From an uncultured cyanobacterium (GTDB lineage Bacteria; Cyanobacteriota; Cyanobacteriia; Pseudanabaenales; Pseudanabaenaceae): a DNA stretch of 64,000 nt. This document shows positions 10,761 through 20,554 of the stretch, one piece after another. The stretch's first letter is position 1, and every line of letters begins with the position of its first letter. Below the pieces are notes generated by a model. The model was given only the letters and a program-made list of their open reading frames with translations, ran no database searches and was not told the origin of the DNA. The stretch covers positions 1,664,001 to 1,728,000 of the forward strand of contig OY969811.1 in the NCBI GenBank assembly GCA_963703315.1, in the 5' to 3' direction. Position numbers and translations under genes: made by a program.

Positions 10761-13298
10761 ATGAAATCGATCAAGCCTATTTATATTGCGATACCTGTAG
10801 CGATCGCCCTTGCAGGTGTCATTGCTCATCGCACCTTAGCACAGTCTAATTCCATCAATAAACCTCTACAAACTCCTACAGCTATGATTACTTCAGGAAT
10901 TATTGAACCAGTTAGCGATCGCAGTTTGAGCAGTGTTCCTAACCCCAATGACAGGGAGCGACCTGTCGGCGGTCTGTATGTGCAAACACCCGATCGCAAA
11001 CAGCAACCCTTCACGCTCACCAATACCGATGTCAAGGGCAAAATATCAGGCAATATTTCGCGAGTAGAAGTTACCCAGACTTTTCAGAATCCCTATGACA
11101 AGCCGCTAGAAGCAATTTATGTATTTCCATTGCCCGATCAAGCTGCTGTCGATGATATGGAAATTAAGATCGGCGATCGGGTGATTAAAGGGAATATCAA
11201 AAAACGTGAAGAAGCTAAGGAAATCTATGAACGAGCCAGACAAGAAGGACGCACCGCAGGTCTCCTAGAGCAAGATCGGGATAATATCTTCACGCAATCT
11301 TTGGCAAATATTAAACCAGGGGAACAAATCAAGGTCACGATTCGCTATACCGAAAGCTTGAAATTTGAGCAGGGTGATTATGAATTTGTCTTCCCGATGG
11401 TGGTTGGTCCGCGCTATATTCCAGGAGCCGCGATTGACTCAAAGGGCAATACGAACCAAGTACCTGATGCTTCGCGCATTAATCCACCGATTGTCAAACC
11501 AGAAACGCGATCGGGCAATGATATTAGCGTCAGTTTACAAATTGACGCAGGTGTTCCCATTCGCAATCTCTATTCCACTTCCCATCGCCTTGACGTGAAA
11601 AATAATGGCGAAACTGTAGAATTGCAACTTGCTAAGGGCGATAACATTCCCAATAAGGATCTGATTGTCCGTTATAAGGTCAGTGGCGATCGCACTACGC
11701 CCACAATTCTGACCACAACTACCGATCAAGGCGCACACTTTGCTACTTATCTGATCCCTGCGATCGCCTATCGTGCCGATCAAATTGTGCCTAAGGATGT
11801 AGTTTTCTTGATGGATACGTCAGGTTCCCAATCTGGCGATCCGATTGTGAAGTCACGGGAACTGATGCGCCGCTTTATCAATGGCTTGAATCCTAACGAT
11901 ACCTTTACGATTATTGATTTCTCCAGCACTACCCGTCAGCTTTCCAGCTATCCATTGCAAAATAATGCGATCAATCGCCAGAAAGCGATGAACTACATCG
12001 ATCAAGTTGATGCCAATGGTGGTACAGAACTCATGAATGGAATCAATGCGGTTACAAATTTCCCTGCCGCCAGTGATGGCAGAATTCGCAGCGTGGTCTT
12101 GATTACCGATGGCTACATTGGCAATGACAATGAAGTGATTGCCACAGTGCAGAAAAACCTCAAACAGGGAAACCGTCTCTACAGCTTTGGTGTGGGTAGT
12201 TCCGTTAACCGTTATTTGCTAGAACGGTTTGCCGAAGTCGGTCGTGGTACATCGCGAGTAGTTCGTCAAGATGAACCCACCCAAGCGGTCGCGGAGAAAT
12301 TCTTCCGTCAGATTAATAATCCTGTCCTCACAAATATTCAAGTAAAATGGGAAGGGGACGGTGCGGCTCCTGAAATCTATCCTAGCAACGCTCCCGATCT
12401 CTTTGCGGAGCAGCCTCTAGTTCTGTTTGGCAAAAAAAGCGATCGCGCTAATGGCAAGCTCAAAATTACAGGTATCGCCGCAGGTGGTGAACGCTACGAA
12501 CAAACCCTTGACGTAAATTTCGAGAATGGTAATAGTAATCTCGGTATTGCTCAACTGTGGGGACGCGCCCGCATCAAAGACTTGATGAATCAGATGTTTG
12601 GCGGTGAAGTCAAATCTTTGGTGGATGCTGTCACCCAGACTGCCCTCAACTATCGCTTGCTATCGCAATATACCGCTTTTGTGGCGGTAAGTGATGAAGT
12701 GCGCGTCAGTCCTGATGGTGGCAAAGTCACCGTCCAAGTTCCTGTTGAATTACCTCAAGGTGTCAGCTATGAAGGCATTTTTGGTAGCGCCCCCACGTCA
12801 CGCTCTACCACAGCCAATGCTCCATCTCCTTCGATCGCACCATCTCAAACTCAAAATTTTAGTACCACAAGTAAACTACAAGGACAGGTCATTATTCCCA
12901 TCAAGCCCACAGGTAAGGATCAACTACAAACTAGACTGAGAGTTGATAAGAATGATGCTGCTAGCGAATCAGCAAAGGTAGCGCGACAAGCTCCTACTTC
13001 CCAAGTTCAAGTGGTTAGCATTACGGGTCTGACTGGTATTGACGTGGCAACTGCTCAACAAGCGATCGAGCAACAATTGCGATCGCTGCAAGTTCCTGCT
13101 GGCTTGAATGGTGTTATCGTTCTAGAGATGCCAATCCAAAATGGTAGATTGACTAGATTCATTTTTGATGATGTTGCTTCGACAGTGAAGGATAAAACTT
13201 TAGTGGAACTACTGAAGCGATCGCTCCAAAATGTTGTATTACCATCCACCGCTACAGGTACAGTTCGCCTGACTTTAAATGTGACATCTATCAAATAA
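10761..13298 (+). CDS. Secreted VIT (vault inter-alpha-trypsin) plus vWA domain protein
   Basis: Signal peptide; VTQTFQNP...LEAIYVFPLP VIT motif; MIDAS DTSGS, GGTE, LITDG. Confidence 0.9.
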   Translation: MKSIKPIYIAIPVAIALAGVIAHRTLAQSNSINKPLQTPTAMITSGIIEPVSDRSLSSVPNPNDRERPVGGLYVQTPDRKQQPFTLTNTDVKGKISGNISRVEVTQTFQNPYDKPLEAIYVFPLPDQAAVDDMEIKIGDRVIKGNIKKREEAKEIYERARQEGRTAGLLEQDRDNIFTQSLANIKPGEQIKVTIRYTESLKFEQGDYEFVFPMVVGPRYIPGAAIDSKGNTNQVPDASRINPPIVKPETRSGNDISVSLQIDAGVPIRNLYSTSHRLDVKNNGETVELQLAKGDNIPNKDLIVRYKVSGDRTTPTILTTTTDQGAHFATYLIPAIAYRADQIVPKDVVFLMDTSGSQSGDPIVKSRELMRRFINGLNPNDTFTIIDFSSTTRQLSSYPLQNNAINRQKAMNYIDQVDANGGTELMNGINAVTNFPAASDGRIRSVVLITDGYIGNDNEVIATVQKNLKQGNRLYSFGVGSSVNRYLLERFAEVGRGTSRVVRQDEPTQAVAEKFFRQINNPVLTNIQVKWEGDGAAPEIYPSNAPDLFAEQPLVLFGKKSDRANGKLKITGIAAGGERYEQTLDVNFENGNSNLGIAQLWGRARIKDLMNQMFGGEVKSLVDAVTQTALNYRLLSQYTAFVAVSDEVRVSPDGGKVTVQVPVELPQGVSYEGIFGSAPTSRSTTANAPSPSIAPSQTQNFSTTSKLQGQVIIPIKPTGKDQLQTRLRVDKNDAASESAKVARQAPTSQVQVVSITGLTGIDVATAQQAIEQQLRSLQVPAGLNGVIVLEMPIQNGRLTRFIFDDVASTVKDKTLVELLKRSLQNVVLPSTATGTVRLTLNVTSIK

Positions 13299-13307
13299 AG
13301 TCATTAA

Positions 13308-13350
13308 AATTAAAACAAGAGAGTTACGCTGCATCTCTCTTGTTTTAATT
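13308..13350. terminator. Hairpin between convergent genes
   Basis: AATTAAAACAAGAGAG...CTCTCTTGTTTTAATT, 16-bp arms. Confidence 0.65.
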
Positions 13351-13972
13351 GCCACTATTTTCATTAATGCATTCCAGCAATTCTAAATTAAGAACTATTT
13401 TGCGCCATTTCAGCGATCAATCGAATTATTAATAATCGGAAACTACAGTTTCTGTAAGAATTTCAAAACTGTCAAATTTTTAATTTGGAATTGTTGAATG
13501 AACCCTACAAGATCGGGGATCACGCTAAATATATAAACGATTAAGCTATTTTTCCAAAACGGTAGCTACGTGCCTTATCAGCCGCAACTACGATTCTTTC
13601 AATATCTACAGGTGCTAGTGAATGTCCTCGGTTTTTAGCGCAACAATGTAACTTCTCTGTAGCACCAAATAATACAAGACCTAAAGTATTACATTCAGAG
13701 CAATATGCCCAATAACGAGCATCGCTAACAATATAGCAAAATTCATTATTACCATATTTATCATTATAAAATAGCCCATAACAACCACTCATATTATCCT
13801 GATCTACCTTCCAAGGGTCTTGTGGTTCACCCCAAAGAATAAATAAATCTTTTGTAGTGGCTTCAACGGCAATCCAACACTTATCACGCTCTGCATCAGT
13901 TGGTTTAAGCGGCTTAATTTCCAGAAAGCAATCTAAAATCGGTAAAAAAAAGTCAGGTAAATAGCATTCTTC

Positions 13973-15105
13973 TAGGACTTACGCATTGACAAAATAGTAA
14001 AGATATGATGATTGTAAAGCAAGCGTTTATCTGATGGTGTTGGAGTGAGAGAACAGTCAAAACCCTCAACAGCTAAGTGTAATTGCAACCTCTACACTTT
14101 ATATTTGCTGGCTGAACCAAAGTATGTGAGTTGTCTGCGCCTAGCGGAGATCATGTCAGAGTTGAGTCACGACAGTGTGAACCGTTTTTTATTGCGGGAA
14201 AATTACACACCCCAAGACTTGTTTGACGAGGTGAAAGGGGAACTTATTTTTGAAGGAGGAACAGCGAGTATTGATGATAGTGTCGTGGATAAGCCTTACC
14301 GTGACCTCAAAAGAACAGAGTTATTGGGATACTTTTGGTCAGGGAAACACAAACGAACCGTTAAGGGTCTCAACCTGATTACCTTGTATTACACCGATAT
14401 AGCAGGAAACGCATATCCAGTGAACTTTCGGATTTATGATAAACAGGAGGGCAAGACTAAAAACGACTATTTTTTAGAGATGATGAGACAAATCCGAGAC
14501 TGGGGTCTGAAGCCGAATTGGGTGACGGGTGATAGTTGGTATGCAAGTCTTGAGAATCTGAAATTCCTCAGAAACGAGGGGGTAGGTTTTCTAGTTGGAG
14601 TTGCCAACAATCGTAAAGTTTCTCAAGAACAAGGCAAAGAAGTTCAGATACAAACCTTGGAGATTACTGATAGTGGGTTAGTGGTCTATCTCAAAGAATT
14701 CGGCTGGGTCAAGGTGTTTCGTCAGGACTTCAAAAACGAAGCTCGATATTACATCCTTCACCTCCAAGATTTAGAAGCACTCAAACAACTCACTCGCATA
14801 GAGTTCAAACAAGTCCATGACAGACATTGGCAAATTGAATGTTTCCACAGGGTTATCAAGCAAGTTTGTAATATTGAGCGCTTTCAGGTCAGGGATACAC
14901 AAGCGATTCGTAATCATTTCTTTTGCTCCCTCCGTGCTTTTGCCAAGTTACAAAAGATGCGAATTGATGGCTTAATCGATAATTTGTATCAGGTATCGAG
15001 GGATTTATTTATACCTGTCATTCGTCAATTTATCTTGGAAAATCTCACACAATCTGTCTCAGTTTGACTTCATATCTCGCTATTTCTGTCAATGCGTAAG
15101 TCCTA
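13973..15105 (+). mobile_element. IS701-family insertion sequence, 1133 bp
   Basis: 19-bp perfect terminal IR TAGGACTTACGCATTGACA; 5-bp TSD TCTTC at 13968-13972 and 15106-15110; contains a DDE transposase. Confidence 0.93.
14045..15067 (+). CDS. IS701-family DDE transposase
   Basis: SHDSVNRFL, IDDSVVDKPY, GDSWY, HWQIECFHRVIKQ motifs. Confidence 0.9.
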   Translation: MREQSKPSTAKCNCNLYTLYLLAEPKYVSCLRLAEIMSELSHDSVNRFLLRENYTPQDLFDEVKGELIFEGGTASIDDSVVDKPYRDLKRTELLGYFWSGKHKRTVKGLNLITLYYTDIAGNAYPVNFRIYDKQEGKTKNDYFLEMMRQIRDWGLKPNWVTGDSWYASLENLKFLRNEGVGFLVGVANNRKVSQEQGKEVQIQTLEITDSGLVVYLKEFGWVKVFRQDFKNEARYYILHLQDLEALKQLTRIEFKQVHDRHWQIECFHRVIKQVCNIERFQVRDTQAIRNHFFCSLRAFAKLQKMRIDGLIDNLYQVSRDLFIPVIRQFILENLTQSVSV

Positions 15106-15448
15106 TCTTCATTTTCATTTTTAAAACCTTCTGGTTCATACTGCCAAACAATGCCTAATTCATCCATGAATACAGCCCATTTAGCTTCTAGACGAGAGCG
15201 AAACCATTTTCCCTTGTAGTAAGTTTCTATTATAGTTGTCATAAATTCAATCTATTTAATCTACATTATTAAAATAAAAGTCTCTTACAAAAATCATCCA
15301 ATTGGATAGATTAGTCAAAAAATAATTTTTGACTAATCTATAAAAGCCTTTTTCTAAAAAAATTATTAACTACATGATCTTTGGGGAGAGCCTCAAATGA
15401 CGTATTCTCGTTGATTTATATTTATGGCACTCTGACAATGTGTAAGTC

Positions 15449-16396
15449 CTAAAATAATAAATCGATATTTTCTTGAATAGAAGCAGCAGATGTATGGAGT
15501 GCCGCAATCTCGGCATCTGTTAACTTCAGTTCTACAACTTTTTCTACACCTTGTCGCCCTAACTGCACTGGCACACCCATAAATATATCCTTTAAGCCAT
15601 ACTCACCCGTCAGATAAGCTGCCGCAGGGAAAACACGATGACGATTGCTGATGATTGCTTCCACCATTGTATAGGCGGCGGCTGATGGTGCAAAATAAGC
15701 GCTGCCATTGTGCAGTAACTTCACAATTTCTGCCCCACCATTGCGAGTTCTCTCGATTAATCTAGCGATCGCCTCCTCTGACAATAACTCTGTAAGCGGA
15801 ACCCCATTCACTGTTGATAGGCGGGGTAAGGGCAGCATCAAGTCACCATGTCCACCCAAAACTGTGGCATAAATATCGCCACTGGATATGCCTAATTCCA
15901 TCGAGATAAAAGTTTGAAATCTTGCCGCGTCTAGAACTCCCGCCATGCCAAGTACCCTCTGAGGTGGTAAACCACTCTCTTTCCAAGCCAGATAGGTCAT
16001 TACATCCAGCGGATTTGTAACTATGAGAAAAATTGCATTGGGAGAGAAGGCGATCGCCTGTTGTACGACATCTTTCACAATGCCTGCATTAATCTTCAGC
16101 AAATCATTGCGACTCATGCCCTCCTTGCGCGGTAAACCTGCGGTGATCACAATGACATCAGAATCTTTAGTATCGCTATAGTCATTAGTCCCAATTATTT
16201 GGCGATCAAGATTAGAGATCGTATGAGCTTGTGCCAGATCGAGGGCAATTCCTTGCGGTTTGCCTTGGACAATATCGCACAAGACTACATCTGCTAAATT
16301 TTGCTTAGCAATGCGCTGAGTCAACATCCCACCGACATTGCCCGCACCGATGACAGTGACTTTAGGCGATCGATAATCTTGAATTTGTGTCGTCAT
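15449..16396 (-). CDS. mdh: Malate dehydrogenase (LDH-like type)
   Basis: GAGNVG, TAGLPRKEGMSRNDLL, VTNPLD, GGHGD, RTRNGGAEIV. Confidence 0.95.
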   Translation of the reverse strand: MTTQIQDYRSPKVTVIGAGNVGGMLTQRIAKQNLADVVLCDIVQGKPQGIALDLAQAHTISNLDRQIIGTNDYSDTKDSDVIVITAGLPRKEGMSRNDLLKINAGIVKDVVQQAIAFSPNAIFLIVTNPLDVMTYLAWKESGLPPQRVLGMAGVLDAARFQTFISMELGISSGDIYATVLGGHGDLMLPLPRLSTVNGVPLTELLSEEAIARLIERTRNGGAEIVKLLHNGSAYFAPSAAAYTMVEAIISNRHRVFPAAAYLTGEYGLKDIFMGVPVQLGRQGVEKVVELKLTDAEIAALHTSAASIQENIDLLF

Positions 16397-16470
16397 AAAA
16401 TTTGTCTCTTAAAAAAATCGCCTAGTTTTACCTTAACAGCAGGGAATTGATAACTTTGTTCAGATCGTGC

Positions 16471-16514
16471 AAAAAAATTAGAGGGCGTGCTTAGGCACGC
16501 CCTCTAATTTTTTT
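16471..16514. terminator. Palindrome at the rodA 3' end
   Basis: 20-bp arms AAAAAAATTAGAGGGCGTGC, loop TTAG. Confidence 0.7.
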
Positions 16515-17769
16515 AAAACTTAATCGTCCGCCGATGGGCAGCAACAGACTCAACTAAGCCGATCGCCATAAAGTTCGCCAGTAAGGCTGATCTTCCATAA
16601 CTCAGCCAAGGCAACGGAATCCCAGTCACAGGCGCAACGTTAATATTCATGCCAATATTTACAAAGGTTTGAAATAGCACAAAGGAAAATACACCGATCG
16701 CTAAAAGTGAGCCGAAGTTGTCCCGTGCATTCACGGCAATCACCAGCAAGCGCCAGCAAATGCCTACAAACAATAACAATACGCACATACAACCAATAAA
16801 ACCGAACTCTTCACCGATCGCCGAAAAGATGAAATCCGTGTGTTGTTCAGGAATGAAATTTAGCTGTGTTTGTGTACCCTTGAGCCAACCCTGACCAAAT
16901 AGCTTTCCTGCCCCGATCGCAATTTTGGACTGGATGACGTGATAGCCTGCACCGAGGGGATCTTGGTTAGGATCGATAAATAGCAATAGTCGCTTTTTTT
17001 GATAATCATGGAGAACATTCCACAATAAAATTCCTGCTTGACCTGATACCAAATTGACCACCACCGCAATCACGGTGCTGACCACCCGAAACCAAGGTAG
17101 AGATACCCAAGCGGCTACCCCCATCAGGATTACCCAAACAATCCATGCGGGTAAATACAGTGAAAATAGGACTGCCGAAACAATGGGCGAAAAAATTAGC
17201 AACAACCAGCCCAAGCTTGCCCCTGCCCAATAGAGCATTCCAATCGTGATCGCCGCAAATACTAACGCTGTTCCCAAATTCGGTTGCAAAAATATCAAAA
17301 TCCAAGGTGGCAAAGTCACCCATGATACTTTCAGAGCATCAATCGGACTCTGAATCGGGCGATCGTGCATTACCGCTGCCAGAGAAATAATGATCCCCAC
17401 CTTGGCAAATTCTGAAGGCTGAATATTAAAACCACCAATCGTGATCCAGCGCTCTGCTCCTAAAGCAGTTGTACCGATCGCCAGCACCAAAATCAAAGAT
17501 AAGTTAGTAATCGCATAGGTAACCCAATGCAAACGCAGCAACTGGTCATAATGCGATCGGGCGATCATAAACATCGCTGTTAGTCCCACTGCTCCTGTCA
17601 CCCAATGTTGCCACCATTCAGTCCGCCTAGAACTAAAGTCTGAACTATAGATGGCAATGCCACCAATAATCATTAATACAATTGGGAACACCAATAGCAA
17701 CAGATCGGCATCACGCCACTCACGTTTGATATTTTCCCAACTTGGTAGTTCTAAACCCTTTACGATCAT
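16513..17769 (-). CDS. rodA: Rod shape-determining SEDS protein RodA
   Basis: GAERWI, IQPSEFAK, QPNLGTA, PEQHTDFIF, GEEFGF, PVTGIPLPWLSYG. Confidence 0.92.
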   Translation of the reverse strand: MIVKGLELPSWENIKREWRDADLLLLVFPIVLMIIGGIAIYSSDFSSRRTEWWQHWVTGAVGLTAMFMIARSHYDQLLRLHWVTYAITNLSLILVLAIGTTALGAERWITIGGFNIQPSEFAKVGIIISLAAVMHDRPIQSPIDALKVSWVTLPPWILIFLQPNLGTALVFAAITIGMLYWAGASLGWLLLIFSPIVSAVLFSLYLPAWIVWVILMGVAAWVSLPWFRVVSTVIAVVVNLVSGQAGILLWNVLHDYQKKRLLLFIDPNQDPLGAGYHVIQSKIAIGAGKLFGQGWLKGTQTQLNFIPEQHTDFIFSAIGEEFGFIGCMCVLLLFVGICWRLLVIAVNARDNFGSLLAIGVFSFVLFQTFVNIGMNINVAPVTGIPLPWLSYGRSALLANFMAIGLVESVAAHRRTIKF

Positions 17770-17849
17770 AAATTCAGCACTAAGTAGCAAAGCTAGGATC
17801 TATTTTAATAACCAACTAAACAAATCTTTAACTTTTATCTGAATTTCAC

Positions 17850-18557
17850 CTACTTCTCTAAAACTAATATGCCCATCATGCCATTAGCGATCGCGTAATG
17901 TTTTGCTTGCGTAAATCCTGCGGCTTTGGCAAGTTTTACCTGCTCGGAACCGATGGGAAATCGAGCTAGGCTCGGCGCAATATAGGCATATTCCTCAGTC
18001 ATCTTAAAGCGATCGGCTAAGGGAACAACTACTCGATCTAGATAAAAATCTTGAAAAGCTTGCATCAGGCGATCGCTAGGACGATGAAAGTCTAAGATGG
18101 CGGCTTTTGCGTTGTTTTTTAACACCCGATGTAATTCTGATAAGCATTGGGGAATATTTGTCACATTTCGCAATCCATAGGCTAAGGTCGCTCCATCAAA
18201 TTTCTCATCGGCAAAGGGTAAGCTCAACACATTTCCCTGCTGCCATCGGATTGTTTTTTGAATACTCGGTAAATAGTTGTGAGCTTTTTGAGCCGCGATC
18301 GCTAATAGCTCTTGTGAAAAATCTACCCCGATCACTTGACCCGTTGGTGCAACTTGTCTAGCTAACAAAGCCGTCATGTCTCCAGAACCACAACAGAGAT
18401 CTAGCCATTGTTCACCCTGTTTTGGTTCACACCAACGCAATGCCATCTTTTTCCAGATGCGGTGCTGACCTAAGCTCAGGAGATCATTAAAGCGATCATA
18501 AACAGGGGCAATGCGATCGAAAATCTGTTGAATATCAGTTTCCGAAGGTTGAGACAT
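17850..18557 (-). CDS. menG: Demethylphylloquinol/demethylmenaquinone methyltransferase (MenG/UbiE)
   Basis: FDRIAPVYDRFNDLLSLGQHRIWK, LDLCCGSGD, YGLRNV. Confidence 0.9.
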   Translation of the reverse strand: MSQPSETDIQQIFDRIAPVYDRFNDLLSLGQHRIWKKMALRWCEPKQGEQWLDLCCGSGDMTALLARQVAPTGQVIGVDFSQELLAIAAQKAHNYLPSIQKTIRWQQGNVLSLPFADEKFDGATLAYGLRNVTNIPQCLSELHRVLKNNAKAAILDFHRPSDRLMQAFQDFYLDRVVVPLADRFKMTEEYAYIAPSLARFPIGSEQVKLAKAAGFTQAKHYAIANGMMGILVLEK

Positions 18558-18777
18558 GATTTTACCTAAAACTTACAGCAATTATAATCATAAGGAGTGA
18601 CGGTGCTTTGCGCTGCCCCTCTCTTTGGGGTTTTGCTTGGCTATGGCTCCAAAGATAAAAATGGCAACGCCATTTTTATCTTTGGTATCAGCACTATCGC
18701 TGAATCTATAGGCATCAGTTTTGTCAGCGTGTAACAATGTCATACTAGATATTGGCAGTACAACCTTTGCCCTACCT

Positions 18778-19344
18778 ATGCAAAAACTTTGGTCTAGTAA
18801 AAGCAAGCGATCGCAACCATTGCCATCCGCAAATGAAGATCCATCTGCACCAGTAATAGAGGATAGTCCGCAAGAAGACCCTGATCATCTCAAAAAAACC
18901 TTTCCGTGGAAAGTTGCGGCTCCTTGGTTGTTTTTTGTGTTAGGGGTAAGTGGTGTGGTGATCGTCTCAATCATAGGCTTACAGTATCTCACTGCTCCCG
19001 ATGCAACTCCAGATAGTGAACTCGCTTGTAAGGCTCAAATTAGCGGTGATTGGCAAACACCTTTTGGGAAAGTAAAGTTGCAAGAGGAAAATGATAATTT
19101 AATTTCTGGAAAGTATGAATATGTGAATTTTGAGCGTGGCAAAATTGTCGGTGAATTGACAGGTAAGTTGAGTAATAATGTGGTTACCTTTAATTGGCAA
19201 GAAACTCCTAAACAACAGCCAAAACAGCAAGGTAAAGGGATTTTAGTCTTTGCTGAAGGCTGCAAAGAATTTTATGGTAGCTATGGGGTAGGGGAAAATA
19301 CCAATAATTTTGGTAATTGGCAAGGTTCTCGCATAACCAAATAA
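18778..19344 (+). CDS. Hypothetical single-TM protein with a periplasmic beta-rich domain
   Basis: Open frame, TM segment, ISGDWQTPFG...FYGSYG...W beta-barrel-like pattern. Confidence 0.7.
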   Translation: MQKLWSSKSKRSQPLPSANEDPSAPVIEDSPQEDPDHLKKTFPWKVAAPWLFFVLGVSGVVIVSIIGLQYLTAPDATPDSELACKAQISGDWQTPFGKVKLQEENDNLISGKYEYVNFERGKIVGELTGKLSNNVVTFNWQETPKQQPKQQGKGILVFAEGCKEFYGSYGVGENTNNFGNWQGSRITK

Positions 19345-19690
19345 TCCTTTCTGATCAAGGTTTGTTTATATAGCAGAAGCGAGTGGTAATGAAAAGCCCT
19401 GCCATTCCCTTCTGGGATTTTGATTTGTCATAATGCTAATAATGCCGACAACTTAAAAAATGCGATAATCACCGTAGGGGAAATTTAGAATTAAGTCTAA
19501 TTTATAACTTGTAGAAATTACGCAAAAGCACTTCAAAGCTCTTGTTTTACCACAGTAAAAATTCATGATTTCCAAAGACAATTCATAGATTTTTACTATA
19601 TTTTGACACCTTACATAAGTCCTCTTCTTTTTAAGTGAGAAATTACTCATTTAAAAGTCTTTATATCACTCAATATTCAGGTCTTCATAT

Positions 19691-20503
19691 ATGACCGTTT
19701 CTGCTTATTTATTACTTATTGAAACTAGCGTCATCCTCGACACAGATGCAAATACTTGGCAAGCGATCGCCAATTTAGGTAAATGTTTTGTACCAGAAGT
19801 TGTCGCCCTTGAAATCAAAAATGTCGCTAATGGTAAAGTCGATGGCAATGAATCTACTGCGAAACAATTTCAAAATTTATTGCCGAAACTAGGCTGGCAG
19901 ATTACACCTTTAACCGCCAAACATCCAGACCTATTGCCAAAGACTAGCCAAAACCTTAGTCGTAAGGCAAAATTAATTTTGAATACTGCTCAAGGTGCTA
20001 TTGGTGTCGCCCATGCCTATCCCCAAAAATGTATTGTTTTAATTTCTGATGAAATATTATTACGCGATCGCATTGCCAAACTCGACTACAAAAATCTCTG
20101 TGCAATTCCCTCAGCGATCGCCCGTCAATGGTCTCGCAGCGACCAATTACCGCCAATTGTCCAAAAAATAATCACATATTTAGCAACTCAGCGATCGTCA
20201 ACAGATCTGCAATCCGTCGGTCAACCTCCTACGATGGAGTTAAAACCGACCAATTCCCACGCCAAATTAGATCAAAATACTTCAGTTTCGCGGCAACCAT
20301 CTAGTTCCAAAAATGGGTTGAATTATAGACAAATCACGATAAGTCTTGTGAAATTTGGTCTAAGCACAGCATTTTTAGTTACGATTTTATTGTTTGGCTG
20401 GCAGCTAGCGCAGCCCCAACAATTTCAACAGTTCTGGAAAAAAATGGGTTTACCAACTTTACCGAAGACAACAATTTCCCCCAAGTCACCACCGCAACAT
20501 TAA
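19691..20503 (+). CDS. PIN-like domain protein with C-terminal membrane anchor
   Basis: LLIETSVIL...VPEVVALEI...VLISDEILLR degenerate PIN pattern; C-terminal TM helix. Confidence 0.6.
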   Translation: MTVSAYLLLIETSVILDTDANTWQAIANLGKCFVPEVVALEIKNVANGKVDGNESTAKQFQNLLPKLGWQITPLTAKHPDLLPKTSQNLSRKAKLILNTAQGAIGVAHAYPQKCIVLISDEILLRDRIAKLDYKNLCAIPSAIARQWSRSDQLPPIVQKIITYLATQRSSTDLQSVGQPPTMELKPTNSHAKLDQNTSVSRQPSSSKNGLNYRQITISLVKFGLSTAFLVTILLFGWQLAQPQQFQQFWKKMGLPTLPKTTISPKSPPQH

Positions 20504-20554
20504 CAAATTGATTCCCTCCATTTCACAAATTAAAGATACTGTTGACAAATAGGG

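Larger units (their letters stand above)
13541..15242 (-). pseudogene. Phage-like PD-(D/E)XK nuclease-fold gene (187 aa when rejoined), interrupted by an IS
   Basis: 15242-15106 plus 13967-13541 = 564 nt open frame: YKGKWFRSRLEAKWAVF...YEPEGFKNENEECYLPDFFLPILDCFLEIKP...CSEC... Confidence 0.85.

Noticed and set aside
13973..15105. TA target duplication for the IS
   Set aside because: A TA TSD leaves the host gene frameshifted; the 5-bp TCTTC TSD restores the frame exactly
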